Shown piece after piece: positions 53,429-63,983 of a stretch of DNA of 63,983 nucleotides; the stretch's first letter is position 1, and each line of letters starts with the position of its first letter. The position numbers were made by a program, and so were the translations under genes. This DNA comes from Octopus bimaculoides. Its lineage: Eukaryota. Location: NCBI RefSeq assembly GCF_001194135.2, contig NC_068982.1:58902321-58966303 (forward strand). Direction: 5' to 3'. The notes beneath the pieces were generated by a model. The model searched no databases, had not been told where the DNA came from, and saw only the letters and a list, made by a program, of their open reading frames with translations.

Positions 53429-53645
53429 CTTGTGTGTCTGTGTTTGTCCCCCCAACATCGCTTGACAACCGATGCTGGTGTGTTTACGTCCCCGTAACCT
53501 AGCGGTTCGGCAAAAGAGTTAGATAGAATAGGTACTAGGCTTACAAAGAATAAGTCCTGGGGTCGATTTGCTCGACTAAAGGCGGTGCTACAGCATGGCC
53601 ACAGTCAAATGACTGAAACAAGTAAAAGAGTAACAGAGTAAAGAG
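53171..53645 (+). mobile_element. SINE family A, full length, young-looking, long internal (TG)n
   Basis: aggcgcaggagtggctgtctggtaag, ggttcagtccc B-box, tail gactgaaacaagtaaaagag; (TA) flanks. Confidence 0.93.
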
Positions 53646-54229
53646 TATATATGTATATATATATACACACTCGCACACATTTATACATGCACACGTATAC
53701 GGTATACACAACTGCTGCAAATTTAAATTAAAATAATTATTCATGCATCATTATACGTATTATACATACAACGTTGACAGACAAGTTCTCTATGTATGCA
53801 TGAATCACAGGGAGAAACCTCTAAGAGCTAGCTAGACATGCCAAATGAAGCTACCAAATCTTCCGAAAATCACATATTTATATTTACACATTTCTTTCAC
53901 AGACTCAAAGCAGCCAAATCAACGAGAGAAAGAGGGAAGGAGAGAGAGAGAGAGAGAGAGTGAGAATGAGAGAGAGAGGGAGAGAGAGAGACAGAGAGAC
54001 AGAGAAAGTGAGGGTGAGGGTGAGAGAGAGACCCCACCAGCGCGAAATAGGAATATATTGTAGAATGTGAATCCCTTTTCTCTGGCTGTGGGGCAGCCCA
54101 GACTATTCGTCATCGGAACGTTTTCTTTGTAGTTTGGATCATTTGAAAAATTACATAATGACTGTACAAGATTGCGTAAAAATATGAAACAGTTTGATTC
54201 AGACGTGAAATAATAATAATACTGCATTT

Positions 54230-54525
<296 letters not shown>

Positions 54526-54789
54526 GTTATTTCTTTTTGTTTCATTTTTCCTTCCGTTGCTTTTCAAAGTCGAGTCAAGAAAATATTTGATCTGTCCGGG
54601 GTGTCGATAAAATAATTAATAATTTCCAGTAATATGTTCTGTTGTTTCGTTTCTGATATGCCCTTCCATCAAAACGCGTAAGCTCTGTGATTTTTAAAAT
54701 TTATTTTATTTATGTTATTCATTTATTTATTTATTTATTTATTTATTTATTTCTACATGCTTTGTTCTAGAGAAAAGGGTCGTGTTCTT

Positions 54790-55045
54790 TAACTTTGAAA
54801 GACCTTCCGAGATCTGTGATATTGAGGTGATTGAAGCTCCTCTTGAACAGATGTAAATTGGAGGCTGCAGAAAAAAGTCATACGGCATGGGCTGAGAGGG
54901 GATTCCGGTCGAGTGTGGGGGTATTGCGGAACTTGTGTGGGGGATACAAATATGGCTGATGGAGAAGAATCAACGAGCAATTTCGATGAGTCTGAGTTGG
55001 GGTGGTGATACAAGTTCAGCCAGCCCCTCGAGGAACAGTCTACTN
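54790..55045 (-). pseudogene. CR1/L2-like LINE ORF2 C-terminal remnant
   Basis: Across frameshifts: CSS..GLAELVSPPQLRL...SH...RNTPTLDRNPLSAHAV*LFSAASNLHLFKRSFNHLNITDL, similar to the CSxELA..PP...SFxPRTxxLWNxLP...NLxxFK ends of CR1-group ORF2. Confidence 0.5.
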
Positions 55046-55054
55046 NNNNNNNNN

Positions 55055-55096
<42 letters not shown>

Positions 55097-55430
55097 TGCA
55101 TGTATGTATGTATGTATGTGTATAGTACCAGCACACCGTCCCAGTTATTGGAGCAGTACTCTTCTGTGGATCTCAGCTGAGCTCTGTATTGGCTTAGTAA
55201 CTGTGAGTATTGTCTAGCTCTGAAGAGTTTGGTTTGTCTTTACAGTATAGTTTGCGATGATGAGGATACGACATCTCCAGCAGTAATTCTCAATGATTGT
55301 GAATGTAAGCAATAACCGTGAACATTATACCAATTTTGAGGGTTATCTCTCTTGTTATTCACATTCTATGGAAGGGATAAGACACTGTTTTCTTCGAATG
55401 TTTAGTTAATGTGTCTTTCTGATGTTAGAC

Positions 55431-55809
55431 CGAAGGCGCAATGGCCTAGTGGTTAGGGCAGCGGACTCGCGGTCATAGGATCGCGGTTTCGATTCCCAGA
55501 GCGGGCGTTGTGAGTATTTATTGAGCAAAAATACTTAAAGCTCCACAAGGCTCCGGCAGGGGATGGTGGCGAACCCTGCTGTACTCTTTCACCACAACTC
55601 ACTCTTACTTCCTGTTTCTGTTGTGCCTGTAATTCAAAGGGTCAGCCTTGTCACACTGTGTTACGCTGAATATCTCCGAGAACTACGTTAAGGGTACACG
55701 TGTCTGTGGAGTGCTCAGCCACTTGCACGTTAATTTCACGAGCAGGCTGTTCCGTTGATCGGATTAACTGGAACTCTCGACGTCGTAAGCGACGGAGTGC
55801 CAACACACA
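55431..55809 (+). mobile_element. SINE family B, full length, 11-bp TSD
   Basis: Head aaggcgcaatggcctagtggttagggc, B-box gtttcgattcc; TSD tgatgttagac at 55420-55430 and 55810-55820. Confidence 0.93.
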
Positions 55810-55963
55810 TGATGTTAGACAATATTGTCATGACCCTAATGGTTGATGTTTTCGTAATGTCTGCTCTCGGAGTTAATACAGGTTCAGCATCGTATCTATG
55901 TTGCCCTTAGCTGAAACTTTGGTGCTGAAAGTTAAGAATGCATGAAGGGAAGTAACATTTAGT

Positions 55964-56233
55964 CAAGAATTTCTCACCGGGGCCCATATAAAATGTTTGG
56001 GGATCCAGTAACTTTGGGGGAGCCATGGAAAAATTATGTTTCAGACCAGTAAAGGTTACGTGCAATAAATTAGGTTATACGTCCACTGTACACAAAATAT
56101 TTTAACAGTTTTTGTACAAGTCCTAGTAATATTTAATTATAAAAATACAATAGCATTTTTTAAACACGAAGGTCCACTTAAGTAACATAGGAATCAAAAG
56201 GGTCCATACGTAATTTATAATTGAGAACCCTTG
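55964..56233. mobile_element. Degenerate hAT-like MITE
   Basis: Right end ttgagaacccttg, left caagaatttctca; internal gggcccatata and aagggtccata as in the other MITEs. No TSD recognised. Confidence 0.4.
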
Positions 56234-58866
56234 GTCAAAATAAAACTTAATTAGTGTGGCAAATCTGATTAGCGCCAATTCTAAGATTCTGTTTCGATAT
56301 CCGGTTGGAATTTTTTTTTTCACTTTCACCAAGGATGAAACAAATAAACTTATTTTATTTATATCACGTCAGAAGAAACCAACATTATTGTGTGATAATC
56401 TTGCGGTTGCTGAATCCACAGTTAGTTTCTCGTTTAAGACAGCTTCATTTATATATTATGAGATTTCAGAGGCTTTAACACCTCATCACAGGGACGCAAG
56501 TTAAGAAGTTCCCTTAACAATCATGAAGTCTAGGGCTCGATACTAGTCCGTGATAGCTTAGGTAAGAGTCTTTTACCATAGCATCAGGTGGACGAAATTA
56601 TGTCGACGGAAACTGTGTAGAAGCCTGTCAGATAGACTTTTACCTTCAATTTAAAGATTCATTGTGTCACACGCTTTCTGCCTAAGAATTACTGTAAGGG
56701 TATACATGTCTAGGAAGCGTTCAGCCATTGACACGTTAATTGAATGAGTAAATAGTTCAGGTGAGAGAACAATTGAATATTCATCGTCGAAACGACGGAG
56801 ATCCATTGAATGCTTCACCTCACTACTGCAGAGCATCTACGTCCATCAGGTATGGGCACTACTAAAAAACTGAAGGTGATTTTGGCGGGGTCGCAGTTTG
56901 TCCATGACTGCTTTACGTGGTCCTCGAAATAGCAGTTAAATCTCCTCAAAAGAACATCCTATCACCACGAAACACACATATCATTCTGGATAATAGGGTA
57001 TTCCATACACTTTTCTTCCAAATAGGGAACGAGAGTATGACTGAAATACCTCTATTCATTGGTTTATTCAATTAGGTCTGATTTGGCTGTAAACAACAGC
57101 AACAACCTGGATATTCACCTAAAAGCAATTTTGGAACACTTTATATTTTGTCTGTTAATAAATTAAGCTATATTTTGAATCTAAAATAATGTTTAGTTTC
57201 TTTAAATTCTTTACTTAAATTTAACAGTTGTCTTTTATTAGATGTCGTTTAAGTATTTGTTTAAATTTTTCCAGTACTTTAATCTCAATATTGCCAATTC
57301 TAAAGCCACTCTTTGGTAAAATGTCATAGAGATGACCTCTTGAAACTAAGTTTCCATAAATAGCAAAATTCCTTCAAATCTGATAAACTCGGCACAAGAT
57401 TTCACTTCAGTTTAGTATTTGCAGATTTAGTTTTGAAAACTATTTGTTATTTGACTTTTTGCTAAATGTTTTGTGAATTTTGTTGTTGTGGTAATTGTTT
57501 ACTTGGTATGTTAGTCTTTGTTTCTTTTATTTCTTTCTACGTCGTTTCGTAGTAAATTCTCTTTTAATTTTCATAGTTATATAATTTTTTTTTATTCTAT
57601 TATGTACCTCCATCTTTGTTTGAAAGCACAATGTTGCTGTTTAGCTGTTATGTTAAAGTTATTGTATTGTGTACACATTATTGTTACCGCATATTTGCCT
57701 TATTCCTGTTATTTATTTTTCTTTGGTGCGTAGTAGTGGAAGGTGAAGAAATAAATAACACTATAGAAAGAAAATACATATAAAAGATGTTTGCTTCGGT
57801 CGTATGGATTTATTACACACACGAACCGTGTATGTAAGAAAGCTATCGTACATTTTGACAGAGGTGTTAGTCTATCTTTTAGTTAGTTCGTTCATAACAC
57901 CAGGCTGTATATCTTTTACCATTTGCTCAGATATCAAGTACTAAAAAAAAAAAAAATGTTTCGATTAGTCCCCGTTTAATCGACATTGAACTGACGTCAC
58001 TAGTTTATCGTTAACGAAGTATAAGAGCGGAATCTTTCGTAGAACATTGTGCAGATCTTTGTTTTTAACATGACATTATCGCTAAACTTCACCCTGATCC
58101 CTTACATTCGAAGATGTGAAAGCGGAGATTAAAGATATCTTTCTTGTTTTTTTTTTCTTTTTTTTTTAGGGAGCTATTTTATTACTTATTTTGTTCAATT
58201 GGTTTCAGTTTTGTCTTGTTCTTTGATAACATTTCACACATTTACTTAGATATCATGGCACCAGAAGTGTCCTTTTTCAAACGGTAACCTTATTGTTTCT
58301 ATAAGATGTATTTTCTCACCGCAGGCTAAAATTCAGTCTGGAATAGGGAGCAATAGATACAAGAAAACAAACTACGCACAAAGCTTGACATCTCGAGAGC
58401 AAAGTAAATAAAGGTCTTCGCTGAAGGGGGATTCTTTTCTGGAGCTTTTTACATATAAACAAAAGATATAAATGTAATTTACTTATTTTATGCGTTCAAT
58501 ATTGGTTTCTTTCGAGTCCAGCTCGTTATTTATCATTATTATTGTTCGCCTTTTACACTGTTTCCTGTCATTTTAACAAATTTCCCTCGACAAATGGTAC
58601 AGATATTTGTTTTCTTGAAGAGTTCCTAAATGCTATAGAACTAGTCCCTTGTCCCTCTCCTTTAACCCGCAGCGAGCTGTTTTATGTGGTTAACATGCAC
58701 AAAGCAGATTTGTTTCGGGGAAAAGTGAAACGTTCCAAATGTGAAATGGTCACATGTCAAACATGCTCAAAGTAAACTGAAATTACTTCAAATGTTAATC
58801 AAAACCTTGCTATCTTAGCTTATTCTTTAGTCATTCTCAACAATCTATTCAAACATTAAATATATA

Positions 58867-59199
58867 AGGCGCAAGTATGGTTGTGTGGTAAGAAGTTTGC
58901 TTCCCAACCACACCGTTCGTACTTCAGTCCCACTGCGTGGCACCTTGGTCCGACCAAAGCCTTGTGAGTGGATTTGGCTGACGGAAGCTGAAAGAAGCCC
59001 GTCATATATATACTTTTACTTGTTTCACTAATCTGAATGCTGCCATGCTAAAGCACCGCCTTAAGGGGTTTTAGTTGAAGAAATCGACTCCAGGACTTCT
59101 TCTTTGTAAGTCTAGTACGTATAAGAGCGGTCTCTTTTGCCGAACCGTTAAGTTACAGAGATGTAAACAAACCGACACAAAAACGCGCGCGCACACGCA

Positions 59200-59242
<43 letters not shown>

Positions 59243-59692
59243 TGACAGGCTTCTTTAAGTTTCCGTCTACCAAATCCACTCACAAGGCTTTGGTCGGCCC
59301 GAGGCTATAGTAGAAGACATTTTCCCAGGTGCCACACAGTGGGACTGAACCAGGACCCATGTGGTAGTGAAGCAAGCTTCTTACCACGTAGATACGTCTG
59401 CACCTAAACAGCTACGCCTGTGACTTCAGTCACACCTGCGCCATAAACATATATATGTGTATATGTCTATGTGTGTGTGAGTCATTTGTGTTTGTGGTTG
59501 TACTCCTACCACCGTTTAGCAACCGGTGTTCGTGTGCTCATGTCCTCGTAGCCTAGCGGTTCGGCAAAAGAGACTGATAGAATAAGTACCAGGCTTAAAG
59601 AACTGAATCAATTTGTTTGACTAAAATCCTTCAAGGCGGTACTCTAGTATGGCCGCAGGCAAATGACTGCAACAAGTAAAAGATAAAAGATA
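58867..59692 (+). mobile_element. SINE family A (5' module 58867-59003, 3' module 59445-59692) split by a nested antisense copy
   Basis: 5' module ends gaaagaagcccgtc-atatatata; 3' module resumes after the nested copy with TG tract...gcggttcggcaaaagagactgatagaataagtacc...aagtaaaagataaaaga. Confidence 0.75.
59013..59442 (-). mobile_element. SINE family A, nested antisense copy
   Basis: cttttacttgtttca tail through gggactgaaccaggacccatgtgg head on the minus strand. Confidence 0.88.
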
Positions 59693-59884
59693 TAATTTTT
59701 TTTTTAAAGTCGCAGGTATGACTGTATGACCTTCATGCATGCTTCCCAACAATGGGGTTTGGGGGTAGATTCCCACTGCGTGGCACCATGGGCAGCTGTC
59801 TTCTACTATAACCCCGGGCCGACCAAAACTTTCTGAGAGGATTTACTAAACAGAAACTGACAGAGACCCGTCATATATATATAT

Positions 59885-60208
59885 GCTGAGACCCACTTCG
59901 GTCATGACTGACCGCGGGATTGCACCTAGAAAGTTACCCTCCCAGACACAAGTCCGGGCAAGGTTTTTTTTTGTTTTTTTTTTACGGAAGACCAGCAGTC
60001 GCCCATGCATACCGGCCTCCCCCCTCCACGCCACTAGTATTATCCAAGGGAAAGGCAAAGGCCGATACAGCTTGGCACCAGTGACATTGTAACTCATTTC
60101 TACAGCTGAGTGAACCGGAGCAACATGAAATAAATCGCCTTGCTCAAGAGCACAACACGCAGCCCGATCCGGGATTCGAACTCACAATCACTGAGCCATG
60201 CGCCTTCA
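59885..60208 (-). mobile_element. SINE family D, nested
   Basis: Reverse complement of the D consensus (ttgctcaagagcacaacacgcagcccgatccgggattcgaactc). Confidence 0.88.
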
Positions 60209-60230
60209 CGCGCGCGCGCATATATATATC

Positions 60231-60640
60231 CTTTTACTCATTTACTTGTTTCAGTCAGCTGACTGCGGCCATGCTGGAGCACCAGCTTGAAGGAGTTTTG
60301 TAGTCGAACAAATCGACTGCAGGACTTCTTTTTTAAGCCTAGTACTAATACTATCGGTTTCTTTTGTCGAACCGATAAGTTACGGGGACATAAACACACC
60401 AACAACAGTTGTCAAGCGATGATGGGAGCACAAACGCAGGCACAAAGACACGCGCGCGCACACATACACAAACACTAATATGACGGGCTTCTTTCAGTTT
60501 CCGTCAACCAAATCTACTCACAAGGCCTTGGTCGGCCCGAGGCTACAGTAGAAGACACTTGCGCGAGATGCCACGCAGTGGGACTGAACCCGGAACCGTG
60601 TGGTTGGCAAGCAAGATTCTTACCACACAGCAACGCCTGT
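60231..60640 (-). mobile_element. SINE family A, nested antisense copy
   Basis: cttttactcatttacttgtttcagtcag tail ... ccacgcagtgggactgaacccggaaccgtgtggttggcaagcaag head. Confidence 0.88.
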
Positions 60641-60726
60641 ACATACATACATAAATACATACATAAATACATACATACACACGGACACACACACACACAC
60701 ATATATATACATACATATATGCGTGC

Positions 60727-60766
<40 letters not shown>

Positions 60767-61031
60767 CGTTGTGCCTGTTTGTTCCCCACTACTACTTGAC
60801 AACAGCCGTTGGTGTGATCACATTCCCGTAAATTAGCGGTTTGGCAAATGTGAGCGATGGATTATGCTCCAGGCTTTAAAAGAAGGTTAAGTGCCGCGGT
60901 CGATTTGTTCGACTAAAAATTCTTCAAAGTGTGTCCCAGAATGACCACAGTCTAATGACTGAAGCGAAAAGGAAAATGACCATCCCGAAATACAACAATG
61001 TGTGTGTGTGTGTACACGTATATGTATGTGT

Positions 61032-61063
<32 letters not shown>

Positions 61064-61928
61064 NNNNNNNNNNNNNNNNNNNNNNNNNNNNNNNNNNNNN
61101 NNNNNNNNNNNNNNNNNNNNNNNNNNNNNNNNNNNNNNNNNNNNNNNNNNNNNNNNNNNNNNNNNNNNNNNNNNNNNNNNNNNNNNNNNNNNNNNNNNNN
61201 NNNNNNNNNNNNNNNNNNNNNNNAAAAATAAATACAAAAAGGGTGTTTTTTTTGTATGATTGTGTATAGAGGAATATATTATTTTGTTTAAAAGAGTTCC
61301 AACACTGTCTGTTTTTTATGTTTTATTTATATTCCTGCAGAACCAATGTGGGGTATAAAATATGGAATATACAATATATAATATAATATACAATATATAA
61401 TATAAAATAAAATAAAATAAAAATGGATGGCACTATGAAAGAAAGTATTGAATGTAGATGTAATATTGAGTGTTCAATATAAAGGATCAAATATATAAAT
61501 ATAAATATATAAAGGCGACTCGAGTTTCAGGGCTATTTCCCTTCGTCATGGCCGGTATGACAGACTTTAACAGACTGTATATATATATATACACACACAC
61601 ATGCATACACACACACACTCACGCATATACACAACTACATATTCCCACTTAGTGGACACTGATGTTTAGCGAATATATAACGTGGCCATTAGCAAACACT
61701 GCCAGTATTTTCTGTGTTTATTTATTTTTACTTCTTAAAGTAATTAATTAATTTTATTAATTTCATTAAGTAATAAATTAATTAATTTGTGCAAATTCTG
61801 CAGAAAATTACTTGGTTATGCACTTATAAATGATATATACATCCATTAACAAAAACTGAAAACGCCTTTTATATGAAAGAATAAAGAAGAGGAAAAAGGG
61901 TTTTAGATTTGAATTCATCACGTTGGAT

Positions 61929-62288
61929 GGGCGCAGGCGATGATATGTGGTAAGAAATTTGCTTTCTAGTCGCATTGTTCTGGGTTCAGTCCCCACTGCA
62001 TGGCACCTTGAGTTAGTGACTTCTACTATAGCCCTGAACCGACCAAAGCCTTTTGAGTGGATTTGGTAGACGGAAATTGAAAACAGCCCGTCGTATACAC
62101 ATGTGGGTGCACGCGCACATGTGCGTGTACCTGTGTTTACCCACCATTACCGCTTAACAACCTATGTTAGTGTGTTTACGTCCCCGTAGCCTAGCAGTTC
62201 TGCAAAAGAGACCGATAGAAGGTACCAAGCTTTAAAAAACAAATGAGTACTGGGAGTCAATTCGTTCGACTAAAATTCTTCAAGGCGA
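61929..62288 (+). mobile_element. SINE family A, 3'-clipped
   Basis: ggcgcaggcgatgatatgtggtaag...ggttcagtcccc...gacggaaattgaaaacagcccgtcg...cgactaaaattcttcaaggcg. Confidence 0.8.
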
Positions 62289-62424
62289 TCTGTTCAGTTG
62301 GCGCACAGATTTTTTCAATTAATTTTTGTTAACTAAGCAGTTTGAAACTTCGTATACTGGTGTAATTTCTCACGCAGAACACAGTTTACATTGAACATAT
62401 TTGACAAAATTTCGAATTGTGAGA

Positions 62425-62454
62425 TTGCGAGTTCGAAACTGAAAGAAGCCCGTC

Positions 62455-62491
<37 letters not shown>

Positions 62492-62698
62492 TCTTTGTCC
62501 CCCACCATCGCTTGACAACCGATGTTGGTGTGTTTATGTCCCCGTAACCTAGTGGTTCGGCAATAAGAGACCGATAGAACAAGTACTAGGCATACAAAGA
62601 ATAAGTCCTGGGGTCAATTTGTTCAACTAAAGGCGGTACTCCAGCATGGCCGCAGTCAAATGACTAACACATATAAAGGAATAAGAGAATAAGAATAT
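62425..62698 (+). mobile_element. SINE family A, 5'-truncated
   Basis: gaaactgaaagaagcccgtcgta-(TG)n-...ccagcatggccgcagtcaaatgacta...aagaata. Confidence 0.85.
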
Positions 62699-63744
62699 AT
62701 ATATAGGTCCAATTAACTTTGAACAAATGACCCAGCTCATTGGAATTATTTGACTATCTACTATCTCATTACATTATGCTTAAGACGCAAGATTTGTCCA
62801 TAGATGTGGACTTTCCAGTAGGAAATATTGGAGTTTAAATGCTGAGTTATGTACTTATAATGACGGTTTTGAGACAAAAAAAAAAAAGAAAAAAGAAATA
62901 CCTCAGGAAGAAAAAAGAAAAAGTAATCATAAGTTCCCTCCTTTATACGATAAATGGATGAACCAATAAATTCGTTATGAATAGACTCTTGCACATAAAC
63001 ATATGCCTTCAACTATGTATGTGAGTGTGTGTGTGTGAGCCTGTGTACATACATACATACGTATATATGCGAGAAATAGGGAGATAGCAAGGTAGAAAGA
63101 TACTCAAAAGCTGACACACGTACGTACGAATGTCTGTCGTCTGTCTGTTTGGATGCATGTATGTACGTACGTGTGAATGTCTGTGTGTATCTATCTACTT
63201 ATTTACCTCCCTATTTCTCTCTCCCTCTCTTATATATATATATATGCTTTAGAGAGAGAAAAAGAAAAGATAAAGAGAGATAGATAGCTAGATACACTGG
63301 TGTGTGAGTAAGTGTATGATGTATGTGGAATACAAGAGTGTGACAACACACACGCGTGCGCGGGGCGGGGGCGGTTATTTTGTGTGTTTGTGAGCGGCAT
63401 GCGTATGTAAGAAGGAAGCTGGGTTCTTTGTCGCCTTCCAAATTAAAGTTTTATCATTTCCTTGTGAACTACATTGCCCAACGGGGACAGCACTACAGTG
63501 CGTATGTACGTGAAAAAGAGAGAGAAAGAGAGAGTGGATGAGAGAGAGAGAGAGAGTAAGAAAGAGAAAGAGGGGTGATGGTTGTAGGGGGCTGAATAGA
63601 TTGGGAGATGGAGAAGGTTATTAGACAGAAAGAGTGGTGGTGGGTTTATGACAAGCATAAACCAGAATCTGGTTCTTGTCATAAAAGTATCGTCTACGCT
63701 TTTAAAAGTTGATATTGTTGTTGTTGTTTCTTCTCTGCTATAAG

Positions 63745-63855
63745 CACAATGGTTGAAATTTTGTGGGAGGATGCTGGTCGATTACATCGATCCCAATTAC
63801 TCCACTGGTACTTATATTATCGACCCCCTGATGCATTAAAAGCAAAATCGACCTT
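63745..63855 (-). mobile_element. SINE family C fragment
   Basis: ctggtacttatattatcgacccc...aaaagcaaaatcgacct is the reverse complement of the core. Confidence 0.6.
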
Positions 63856-63983
63856 TATATATATATGTATATATATAAAAAATTATAATACAGGGTATCT
63901 AAGAGATACCGCCACGCTGAAAAATAGCAGTCAAATCCTGACTCTAAACCACAATAAACATTTATTGTAGTTTAGAGTCAGGA

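Larger units (their letters stand above)
59708..60972 (+). mobile_element. Old SINE family A (5' module 59708-59872, 3' module 60720-60972) split by two nested insertions
   Basis: Both modules are diverged, in the same orientation and in the correct order; (TA)n at the breakpoints. Confidence 0.65.

Noticed and set aside
56690-56830. Possible mariner N-terminal HTH remnant (E*VNSSGERTIE)
   Set aside because: Similarity is too low to support by eye.
57991-57998. CRE palindrome TGACGTCA
   Set aside because: A single 8-mer in 64 kb is near chance expectation; no supporting context.
58250-58283. Possible 34-nt micro-exon (ag|ATATCATGGCACCAGAAGTG...AAACG|gtaacc)
   Set aside because: AG/GT-bounded short frames are common by chance; no partner exon or homology evidence.

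Overview
AT-rich, microsatellite-saturated eukaryotic genomic DNA with many N gaps next to (TA)n/(CA)n/(GA)n tracts, which is typical of a short-read scaffold. The repeat content looks like octopus/coleoid cephalopod intronic or intergenic sequence; this is recognition of repeat families, not a database result. I find no supportable host protein-coding exon, tRNA/rRNA gene or CRISPR array. Most long ORFs in the track are microsatellite or N-gap artefacts. The window is a transposon landscape. It holds several tRNA-headed SINE families (my labels A, B, C, D/E), hAT-type MITEs with 8-bp TSDs, and fossil coding fragments of an R4/Dong-like RLE LINE, an RTE LINE, a CR1/L2-like LINE, a Penelope GIY-YIG endonuclease, a mariner transposase and a Tc1 transposase. 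Best leads: (1) short repeats carrying minimal Penelope-type hammerhead-ribozyme cores; (2) an RTE copy whose RT segment is inverted against its own 3' end; (3) SINE A copies nested inside the internal (TA)n tract of older SINE A copies; (4) a 139-bp near-perfect hairpin element; (5) a perfect 34-bp telomere-repeat palindrome. None of these is shown here to be a new biological system. Boundaries of degenerate repeats are approximate.
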